From NCBI GenBank assembly GCA_044375665.1, contig JBIPNA010000001.1:1-42705 (forward strand): a stretch of DNA of 42,705 bases, given 5' to 3'. Source of the stretch: Catalimonadaceae bacterium. GTDB lineage: Bacteria; Bacteroidota; Bacteroidia; Cytophagales; Flexibacteraceae. Made by a program: the position numbers and the translations under genes. Of the stretch, positions 9,160-16,652 are shown piece by piece (the first letter of the stretch is position 1; every line of letters starts with the position of its first letter). The notes under the pieces are model-generated. The model was given only the letters and a program-made list of their open reading frames with translations, did not search any database and was not told the origin of the DNA.

Positions 9160-9975
9160 TTGTTTGTGATTTCCAAAGAAGAAGAAGTCTTTAAGAAATA
9201 TTTTCCAGAGCCCAGTGTGGCATATTGTCTCCACATTTGGAAAAGCCATTCGATCCAATTTACAATTTCCAAACCCCGAAAATCCATATTTGGGGTGTAT
9301 AGATTTAAAAATTCAATACACCAAATTTCAGTCAATGGTGATCTAAACCCCCATGCTTTCCTCGTAACTTTTTTACATGAGGTAGCTCATTTGCTGGTTA
9401 GGAAATCCCAATCCCGACGTGTACAGCCTCATGGAAAAGAATGGCAAAATGCTTTTCGTGAGATAATGCAACCAGTTCTTATTGAAGAAATATTTCCAAA
9501 GCCGATTCTCAGCCATCTGATCCGTCACCTGGAAAAACCATCTGCAACCACTTGTTCCGATGAAACCTTATATGGTTTGCTCATGGGAAAAGCAACTCAG
9601 AAAATTGAAATACCAGGATGGTCCTCAATTGCCGGACTTTCAGAAGGCACGCCTTTCAGTTACGGAGGAAGGCATTTCCTGAGGCTCAGGCAGCTTCGAA
9701 AAAGAATTGAGTGTATACATGAAGAAACGGGGACTTTTTACCGGTTTCACCCCGAAGTTCATGTCAAAGTAGAGTCTCATACAGACAAAAGCCTGAAATT
9801 TCAACAATCATTCATTCAGGTTGGTGATTTGAATCAAGGAAATGTTTTTAGGAGCCAGGGACGAAAATTTAAAATTAAATCGAGAGCCGGAAGAAAGGTC
9901 CTGGCTCTTGAAGTTGGCTCATCGACGATCTTTGCTTTCCCCTACAGCCTGCTGGTTCAGACTATTGAGTTTTGA
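9160..9975 (+). CDS. SprT-like zinc metalloprotease domain protein with a C-terminal extension
   Basis: The HExxH motif lies in FLVTFLHEVAHLLV, with N-terminal SprT-like context (FTISKPRKSIFGVYRF). There is no in-frame ATG near the 5' end, so the start must be TTG 9160 or GTG 9166. Confidence 0.65.
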   Translation: MFVISKEEEVFKKYFPEPSVAYCLHIWKSHSIQFTISKPRKSIFGVYRFKNSIHQISVNGDLNPHAFLVTFLHEVAHLLVRKSQSRRVQPHGKEWQNAFREIMQPVLIEEIFPKPILSHLIRHLEKPSATTCSDETLYGLLMGKATQKIEIPGWSSIAGLSEGTPFSYGGRHFLRLRQLRKRIECIHEETGTFYRFHPEVHVKVESHTDKSLKFQQSFIQVGDLNQGNVFRSQGRKFKIKSRAGRKVLALEVGSSTIFAFPYSLLVQTIEF

Positions 9976-10467
9976 GACGCCTTTATTAAGTAATCCTTTC
10001 CTTTCAAAGAGTTTTTCAGTATATCTCAAATCATTCTCGGTTTGAAAAATGTCATAGGGCAAATGAATATACTGCACTAAAGACAATTTAAGTATGTAAG
10101 CATCTTTAGTCTTAGAAACAGATTTAATATTTTCCCAAGGCATCATCATGCCTTCTTTCTGAGTTTTCATGATTTTGATTTGCTTTTGCTCAAATTCATA
10201 ACTCAATTTATCAAACAAGACCTTACCCTGAGGCACATGACTCAACCCATAAAATTGAACTCCCCAAAAAAGCAGATATAAAACAGTAACCAAAATCCCT
10301 GCAATCAGTAACCCCCACAACCATCCACCACCGATAACAATACCAATTAAGATCATCCCGATGGGCGCCAAAAAGGCCCACCACCATTCCCGGATTACAT
10401 TTGAGAGACCAATTCTTACATAGGTATTAACAGGAACCTGATATTTCTTTGTTTTACTGCTTTGCAT
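9919..10467 (-). CDS. YcxB-like small membrane protein (two TM helices plus a C-terminal soluble domain)
   Basis: 182 aa with an ATG start. Two adjacent hydrophobic helices (WWWAFLAPIGMILIGIVIGGG and WLWGLLIAGILVTVLYLLFWGV) are followed by a ~90-aa domain. The family assignment is by architecture only. Confidence 0.55.
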   Translation of the reverse strand: MQSSKTKKYQVPVNTYVRIGLSNVIREWWWAFLAPIGMILIGIVIGGGWLWGLLIAGILVTVLYLLFWGVQFYGLSHVPQGKVLFDKLSYEFEQKQIKIMKTQKEGMMMPWENIKSVSKTKDAYILKLSLVQYIHLPYDIFQTENDLRYTEKLFERKGLLNKGVSKLNSLNQQAVGESKDRR

Positions 10468-10472
10468 AGAGA

Positions 10473-11549
10473 CTATTTTACCAATTTCAGGGCCGGAAAC
10501 CGAACTAACAATGTATCAATACTCTGGTTAGCCACCCGGATGGCAAAGTTTTTTGAATTTCTTCCACATACAATTCCCAGGCCATTTTTCACATTCGTAT
10601 AAATCGGAGTACTTTGTGTAATGGCATTGTAATTGCCATTTACAGTTCTGTAGTTGTCGTACTCCTTATTTCCGCCAAAAACCACCAAGGTGCTGGTCAA
10701 GAACTTACGCGAAACAACATTTTCGTTTCCCCGTTCTTCAAGTTGTGATTGGATAAAACTCCAGAATGTACCTCGGCCAATTAATCCTCTGATTTCATTG
10801 CCTTGAACCGGACTGATTCCCGGATTGTTCATCCACCACTTTTCGACTATGGTGTCCTGGGTTCCACCTATGTTGCGGACAACCTGAATGTTCCAATAAA
10901 TTGAAAGCTGGGCGATTTCGGTATTAACAGATCTTCTGACCCGGATTAAAGTTTCAGTATTGGATCTGAAAAGCACGCTTGCAGGGTCTACAGGCCTGTC
11001 AGAAATAGGGGATATTAAAGCAAAGTCGCTCCCTGGAATATTGGAAAAGGCTTCACTAACCTTACCCGTCAACTTATTGGTAACACGAAAAGAATAGGAA
11101 ACAGTTGAAGGACTTAAGGTGTCCAGGACCAGATTAGGAGTCTTGAAGACCATTTGATCGGGATGATAAAACACACCATCTCCCTTATTGGTATACATGG
11201 TATCCTTGCAATCCCATGAACGAATTAAAGTGGAACCGTTTTTCCACTCCAGAAATTCTACCCTCAAATCAGATGGTTTATATAAACTGGAATCCGGGCT
11301 ATTTTTTGCAATTTCATCTGCAGGTCGTCCATCGCTAAGAAATCCTTTAGAAACCCTTATAGTTTGAAAAGGGAGTTTTGGATCCAAAATGGAATAAAGC
11401 ACTTTGGTTTCCTGATAAGGAGCATTTACTTCAAGATCCGTGGAACATGAGTTTGCGCCGAGGAATAATAAAATAAGCAATAAATAATAAAAGAGGAATT
11501 TCAAACCCAGGACTGGTTTTAAGCGGAGACAAAAGTATTTCATTAACAT
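10473..11549 (-). CDS. Lipoprotein of unknown function (possibly DUF4249-like)
   Basis: From ATG 11549 or 11543 the N-terminus is MLMKYFCLRLKPVLGLKFLFYYLLLILLFLGANSC, a lipobox-type signal peptide. The track's 78 upstream codons have no signal peptide and would overlap the divergent gene. The family guess is weak. Confidence 0.6.
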   Translation of the reverse strand: MLMKYFCLRLKPVLGLKFLFYYLLLILLFLGANSCSTDLEVNAPYQETKVLYSILDPKLPFQTIRVSKGFLSDGRPADEIAKNSPDSSLYKPSDLRVEFLEWKNGSTLIRSWDCKDTMYTNKGDGVFYHPDQMVFKTPNLVLDTLSPSTVSYSFRVTNKLTGKVSEAFSNIPGSDFALISPISDRPVDPASVLFRSNTETLIRVRRSVNTEIAQLSIYWNIQVVRNIGGTQDTIVEKWWMNNPGISPVQGNEIRGLIGRGTFWSFIQSQLEERGNENVVSRKFLTSTLVVFGGNKEYDNYRTVNGNYNAITQSTPIYTNVKNGLGIVCGRNSKNFAIRVANQSIDTLLVRFPALKLVK

Positions 11550-11559
11550 TGCTTTCGCA

Positions 11560-12849
11560 ATGGAGGACTCAGGGTTATTTTTGGTATGTCCATTTGGCGG
11601 CAACCGGATTCCATATGTGGTAAAAGAAGTTTTCAAACGGAGGCTTGGATTAGCAATCTCCATAATTAAACCCTCTGATTCAATTTCCTGGAGTGGTTTC
11701 AAAATAGGGTATGGTTGTGAAACAGGAGATTTGATACTTCCTTTCAGTGGCATTTTGAATGAATCAGGAGGCCTTGGTTTCAAAGCCGTTCTGGACCTTG
11801 ATTATAAAAAATCAGAATTGATTTCCCCAATTGGTCACCACACATCAGGAGATCTGCTTGGATTGATTTTTTGGTTAATATCCAGATATGAGGAGTACTC
11901 AAAACCTGATCTCAAAGATGAACATGGTAGATTTCCGACAGCCGAAAATACTCTAGTAAAATCGCAACTTCATTCTATTCCTTTGGTTGAACATTGGTTG
12001 GATCAATTTTTTGAAAAAGAATTGAGAGACCTCGTGGCTATTTCCAAACCAAAACCAAAACTCTGCCTGAGTTTTGATATCGACAACATTACAGCATTTC
12101 GTCACAAAGGAATTGTTAGAAACGTAGGTGGTGCCCTAAAGGACTTATACTTTGGGAACTGGGTAAACATTTGGAATCGAATTGCCACCCTAAATAATTT
12201 CCAGACAGATCCCTACAAGATCTGGGAAGACACCCTAATTAATCAAAAAGAAGTGCTTCCGGCATCTACATGCTTCTTCTTTTGGGTTGGAGATTATGGT
12301 CCTTTCGATAAAGGGCTTTCCTGGATGCATCCGGAATTTGCATTGCTAACCGAAAAAATCTCAGGGAAATTTCAAGTCGGACTACATCCGTCCTATAAAA
12401 CATTTGACCTTCCAGGTTTACTTAAAATTGAAAAAAAACGACTAGAGTCAAGGGCAAACCAAGTCATAATAAAGTCAAGGTTCCACTATCTTAGATTTAG
12501 ACTCCCTGTTTCTTATGAAGCATTGGTGGAAACGGACATAGAAGAAGATTACAGTATGGGATTTCATGATCAACCAGGCTTCCGGGCCGGCACCGGGAAT
12601 CCATTCACCTGGTATAATCTAACCCAGGAAAAACCAGAAAATCTTACCATTTATCCATTTTCAATGATGGATAGTGCATATCGATTCCACTTAAAAAAAG
12701 ATTTTCAAACTTTTCTCCAGGAATCTGAAAAACAATGGAAAAGTGCAAAATCAATGGGATTCCCTTTGAATATACTTTTTCACAATGAACATCTCAGCTG
12801 GAAAGGGTGGGAAAATGCAGTTGAACAAATCAAAAAACAATGTTTCTAA
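11560..12849 (+). CDS. Polysaccharide-deacetylase-like protein with a DUF7033-like N-terminal domain (tentative)
   Basis: 429 aa with an ATG start. The N-terminal motif DLLGLIFWLISRYEEY and the later ...SRFHYLRF... resemble the uncharacterised deacetylase-like family common in Bacteroidota. This is recognised from memory only. Confidence 0.55.
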   Translation: MEDSGLFLVCPFGGNRIPYVVKEVFKRRLGLAISIIKPSDSISWSGFKIGYGCETGDLILPFSGILNESGGLGFKAVLDLDYKKSELISPIGHHTSGDLLGLIFWLISRYEEYSKPDLKDEHGRFPTAENTLVKSQLHSIPLVEHWLDQFFEKELRDLVAISKPKPKLCLSFDIDNITAFRHKGIVRNVGGALKDLYFGNWVNIWNRIATLNNFQTDPYKIWEDTLINQKEVLPASTCFFFWVGDYGPFDKGLSWMHPEFALLTEKISGKFQVGLHPSYKTFDLPGLLKIEKKRLESRANQVIIKSRFHYLRFRLPVSYEALVETDIEEDYSMGFHDQPGFRAGTGNPFTWYNLTQEKPENLTIYPFSMMDSAYRFHLKKDFQTFLQESEKQWKSAKSMGFPLNILFHNEHLSWKGWENAVEQIKKQCF

Positions 12850-12857
12850 GCGGAAAC

Positions 12858-14366
12858 TTAAAAACTTCGTGACAAAGCTAAACCTAACATCCTTGAGTTG
12901 ACTTCCATTCCTTTTACTGGTTGAATTAACCGATTTGGCGAAGGGCTAAAATAAATTTCCCCAAACCAATTGCCAGGGAGTTTATGCCTGTAGCCACAGC
13001 GAAAACCGATCACCCACCTTTCAGGATCAGAGGCATAAAGCAAAGTACCTTCTGATTTTGAAATTGAAAAATTAGCCAATCGGGTCCAGATTACCATCGA
13101 TGCAAAAGGTCCGGAAGTACTTCCTTTTCTCCAGCAAAATGCTGTTCCAAGTTCGGTTTGTCCGAATAACACAACCTGGTTGTGGATTTCGGATTCCATT
13201 TCCCAAATTGGCTCAGCAGAAAACCATGTCGAATCTTTTGTTGATACAGAATAGGAGGAGGGCAGCTTTGAGGAGGTTTGCAGTTTTAAACGCTGTTGAT
13301 AAAACCCAAACTGAAGTCCACCAAAAACCTCCAGTTTTGAAAATACTGGCAAATGAACTTTTCCTGAAATTGCTCCCAGAAGAGACTGAACTCCTTCATT
13401 ATTTTCAATCTGAATTCTTCTGTTGGCATCTGCCTGCCGAATAAGGATTTCATTCTGAGCAAAACCCAGTTGGCCACCAAAAGAAAAATACACCTGACCA
13501 TTTGAGTTTAAACCCAATTCAGGCCCAAAAGGAATAAGTTCGACAGGAATTGGCCTCTGATTATTTTCTGCCAGAAAAACTTTCGGAAAGCCTGGATTTT
13601 TAGTTTGAAGAAAATAAACTTCAAATCCAGGTTCATTGGCAATCCCCTTTGGAGAAGTCAAACCGGGAGATGAAGATGCGATTGGATTTGATACCGGACC
13701 AATTTTTCTATTATCGGTTTTCTCGTTATCGGCCGGGGAAACTACAGGGCGTGTTAGAGGTATAAGTGGACCATTTGTTTCAGATGATGTCTTATCAATT
13801 CCAGCAATAATGCGATTTTGGCCGTAGCCCGCAGAGCCATTATTTTCAGTATCGGACTTTGTTTTTCCGGAGTTACCCTTTTCGCCTTGTGCGAGAAGGA
13901 TTCGAGAGCGTGGGTTCCTATTGCGCTTTCGTTGTTGAAATTTTTGTTCAGTGCTACCAGGTTGCTTAGTTAATTCAGATCCATCAGAGGCAGGCGTGAA
14001 ATAGGGGGGGAATTCCTTTTGTTCCGCAGCAGAAATACCCTCTGTCGTCTCTTTTAGCGTTTCAGAAGGATGGTCAGAGCGTATGTTATTTTGACCATTG
14101 TTGAAGTCTTTTAAATTTTGGGTTTTGGGGGCACTGAGTTCCACCAATTCGGGGGTCACATTTGTTGAATCCTGGCTTTGGGACAACCAGAAATATGCCC
14201 CTAGTACAATTATTAATGCACCTGGAAACCACCACCAAAATAGTGGGCGGCGTTTTTTCTTGTGACCAAGTTTGGCTTCAATTTCATTCCATCCGTTTGG
14301 TATGGGCTCCCCAGACCAATCATCAAACTTATCGGATAGAAATCCTTTTTCTTCTTCCATATTCAT
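12858..14366 (-). CDS. ECF-sigma-associated membrane protein: short cytoplasmic N-terminus, one TM helix, a low-complexity linker and a C-terminal beta-barrel-like domain
   Basis: Its ATG (14366-14364) overlaps the sigma-factor stop as ATGA. KKKRRP is followed by LFWWWFPGALIIVLGAYFWL. About 200 aa are rich in S/T/P/N/Q/K. The last ~230 aa show alternating amphipathic strands (VYFSFGGQLGFA, VFGGLQFGFYQQ, WVIGFRCGYRH) and end ...LGLALSRSF. Confidence 0.75.
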   Translation of the reverse strand: MNMEEEKGFLSDKFDDWSGEPIPNGWNEIEAKLGHKKKRRPLFWWWFPGALIIVLGAYFWLSQSQDSTNVTPELVELSAPKTQNLKDFNNGQNNIRSDHPSETLKETTEGISAAEQKEFPPYFTPASDGSELTKQPGSTEQKFQQRKRNRNPRSRILLAQGEKGNSGKTKSDTENNGSAGYGQNRIIAGIDKTSSETNGPLIPLTRPVVSPADNEKTDNRKIGPVSNPIASSSPGLTSPKGIANEPGFEVYFLQTKNPGFPKVFLAENNQRPIPVELIPFGPELGLNSNGQVYFSFGGQLGFAQNEILIRQADANRRIQIENNEGVQSLLGAISGKVHLPVFSKLEVFGGLQFGFYQQRLKLQTSSKLPSSYSVSTKDSTWFSAEPIWEMESEIHNQVVLFGQTELGTAFCWRKGSTSGPFASMVIWTRLANFSISKSEGTLLYASDPERWVIGFRCGYRHKLPGNWFGEIYFSPSPNRLIQPVKGMEVNSRMLGLALSRSF

Positions 14367-14908
14367 AACATGGTGTGGCTAAGTTGGTTTTTTAAAATCT
14401 GGCGGGCTCTTGAGTACTGGGATTTGGATGTACCTTCTGATATCCCAACCATCTCTCCGATCTCTGCATGGCTATAACCTTCAATTGCAAACAAGGAAAA
14501 GACAATTCTCGCACCCTCAGGTAGCTTTGATAGCATTTTTAGTATTTCCTCCGCCCGCAACTGAGAAAGTGCATCAGCAAATCCATCTGAGTGATGGAAA
14601 AGTATTGCCGGACTTTTGTCGTCCGAAAAATCAATTGGATGTCGTCGTCTGGAATGATATTGGTTGATTGATTCCCTTATGAAAATCTTCTTAATCCAAC
14701 TCTCAAAAACTCCACCCCGGAATGTATGGAGTGCATTGAAAACCTTAACAAATCCAATTTGCAAAACATCTTCAGCTTCCATTCGATCGGCGGCATATCT
14801 AAGGCAAATGAACAACATTGGTCTGGCGAACTTTTCATAAAGAGCCCGCTGCTGCCTTGGATCATTTTGAAGGCAACCATCCAGAATATGTTGTATATCG
14901 GCAGCCAT
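14363..14908 (-). CDS. RNA polymerase ECF-type sigma-70 family factor
   Basis: 181 aa. The region-2-like stretch is EDVLQIGFVKVFNALHTFRG. The region-4 HTH is EGYSHAEIGEMVGISEGTSKSQYSRARQILKNQL. Confidence 0.9.
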   Translation of the reverse strand: MAADIQHILDGCLQNDPRQQRALYEKFARPMLFICLRYAADRMEAEDVLQIGFVKVFNALHTFRGGVFESWIKKIFIRESINQYHSRRRHPIDFSDDKSPAILFHHSDGFADALSQLRAEEILKMLSKLPEGARIVFSLFAIEGYSHAEIGEMVGISEGTSKSQYSRARQILKNQLSHTML

Positions 14909-14910
14909 CG

Positions 14911-14949
14911 CAAATAATTATACAAGAATGGGCAGGCCAAAACGGCCCA
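14911..14949 (-). terminator. GC-rich hairpin plus U-rich tail between the lipoprotein gene and the sigma gene (terminator or 5'-UTR structure)
   Basis: The minus-strand RNA reads UGGGC-CGUUUUGGCCU-GCCCA followed by UUCUUGUAUAAUUAUUUG. The stem pairs 14929-14933 with 14945-14949. It ends about 20 nt before the sigma ATG. Confidence 0.35.
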
Positions 14950-15034
14950 CCCTTTCAACCTTGTTTAATCCTCGATCATTGTTCAACCTATGTTCCAAAT
15001 CATCTAAAAACTAAAGCTAAATTGGTTCTTAACG

Positions 15035-16024
15035 TTAGAATTCAATTTTTACACTTCCCGAATCGGTTACATTTCGAATATTTCGATAGAAGTAATATAA
15101 AAATCTTGGACCAGCTCCTGGCTTCTTAAAAACTTTGAAATTTCTTCCAACCTGTATTGTGCCAAGATTTGGAGTAGAAGATACTGTGAAATAATTAGGG
15201 TCTACCTCATTTAAACAGCTCACAACTTGAGATATAAATGTATTTGGTCCTACTGTAATTGTGTCAGAAGTATTTGAAGAAATGGGGAAAGTTCTGTCAC
15301 TAACTTTAAAAATATCATTACAGTACTCATCATTTGTAGTAAGATGGACTTTAAGGTAACGAACTATGCAGGCATTAGGTACAACAGAGGAGTCACAAAC
15401 AACATAACCAATTGTATGCACCAAATTCCTGGTCACAGGTTTGTTCAAAAACATAAAAATTGAATCGTATCGAACCTGAACAAAAGCCAATTGACTGATA
15501 AAAGGATTAGAATTCGTTATTACCATTGGTATTGATTCGGGGCAATAAACATCACCAGGAAAAACTTTGGTCCGGATTTCCTGGGGGCCAGCAGAAAGAT
15601 AGATGTGAAAAGTATCACTGGCTGCATTTGCAAAATTGAACTTACAGGCCGGAACAGGATTGTTGGTTACTGTAACAACTATCCGTCCATTCTTGCATTG
15701 ACTCGACTTGCAAACATTATATATCAAAGAGTCTTTTCCTTCAAAGCCAGGATTTGCTACATACAAAAATTTGCCTGAAGAAGCCTGGTGAACGACTTTT
15801 CCCTGCCGTGGCTTGTCGAACGAAAGGGTAACCTGAGAAGTAAGCTGATTTGCGGCTAAGACGTTTAACTCTACCGTTCCTCCGTTAGCCTGATATTCTA
15901 GTTCATGAAGAGGGGTGGTTGAAAAGGTATCCGGTTCGGGTGTTTCCTTAACCTTGTTACAGGAAAAGGAAATACCCAGAAGGAGGATAAGTAGTGTAAG
16001 TTGTATGGACTTAGATAAAAACAT
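15035..16024 (-). CDS. Lipoprotein of unknown function with an Ig/cadherin-like N-terminal module
   Basis: The lipobox signal peptide is MFLSKSIQLTLLILLLGISFSC. GKFLYVANPGFEGKDSLIYNVC....C.NGRIVVTV resembles bacterial Ig-like 'G.F.Y.P..GF.G.D.F.Y' modules. Confidence 0.65.
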   Translation of the reverse strand: MFLSKSIQLTLLILLLGISFSCNKVKETPEPDTFSTTPLHELEYQANGGTVELNVLAANQLTSQVTLSFDKPRQGKVVHQASSGKFLYVANPGFEGKDSLIYNVCKSSQCKNGRIVVTVTNNPVPACKFNFANAASDTFHIYLSAGPQEIRTKVFPGDVYCPESIPMVITNSNPFISQLAFVQVRYDSIFMFLNKPVTRNLVHTIGYVVCDSSVVPNACIVRYLKVHLTTNDEYCNDIFKVSDRTFPISSNTSDTITVGPNTFISQVVSCLNEVDPNYFTVSSTPNLGTIQVGRNFKVFKKPGAGPRFLYYFYRNIRNVTDSGSVKIEF

Positions 16025-16148
16025 TTTTCAAAATTCCGCAATCGGAATCAGTAGTAGTCCACACAAAGACCGGAAAACACTACTTTGGGTTGTAATTGGG
16101 AACGAAAAAAAACAAAGAATTTTTACATTTTTTTCAACTCGTTGATTT

Positions 16149-16652
16149 TCAACTGAATTGCTCAGCAACCACGACCCACTTTCCCTTCAGTTTCCTAAAA
16201 AGAAAAGTAAAATATCCTCCTCGAAACTTCTTATTGATCTTGAAAAGGAACTTTCCTGTAACCAAAGCATCTGTTTCCGAAATCAGCTCTACATGGATTA
16301 CATCGTAATCAAGGTGACCCATGGAAGCTGTGTCCGGATTATTTTTTTTATGATTTGAACTGATTTTATCCCAACCATAAACCACTCCCCTGTTTGTTAC
16401 CGAGCGAAGCGTATCAGATTTCCAATAGGCTTCCAGAAATCCAGACATGTTTTTTTTGTTCCAATCTTCCTGCTGCTTTTGGACTACAGCGAGGATTGCT
16501 TTCTTTTTTTCATGTCCGGAACTCAGCAGGGGTTTGATTTGCTCCTTATTTTTTACAGCCGCGGCAGGAATGGACTTGACGGTCTGGCAATGGACTGAGA
16601 AGACCAAAAATAAGAAAAAACCATTAAGGCCTACGAACCACCATAACCGCAT
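16149..16652 (-). CDS. NTF2-like / DUF4440 (SnoaL-like) secreted protein
   Basis: From ATG 16652 the N-terminus is MRLWWFVGLNGFFLFLVFSVHCQ, a signal peptide. The C-terminal part, W....M.GFLEAYWKSD...V...G.V.GWD.I, is typical of DUF4440-type folds. The start is uncertain: 16673 and 16694 are also in frame. Confidence 0.6.
   Translation of the reverse strand: MRLWWFVGLNGFFLFLVFSVHCQTVKSIPAAAVKNKEQIKPLLSSGHEKKKAILAVVQKQQEDWNKKNMSGFLEAYWKSDTLRSVTNRGVVYGWDKISSNHKKNNPDTASMGHLDYDVIHVELISETDALVTGKFLFKINKKFRGGYFTFLFRKLKGKWVVVAEQFS

Noticed and set aside
8851-9258. 135-aa minus-strand ORF spanning the intergenic region and both neighbouring gene starts.
   Set aside because: It overlaps the 5' ends of two motif-supported genes. 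Its sequence is Cys/Phe-rich with no domain signature, so it is most likely non-coding.
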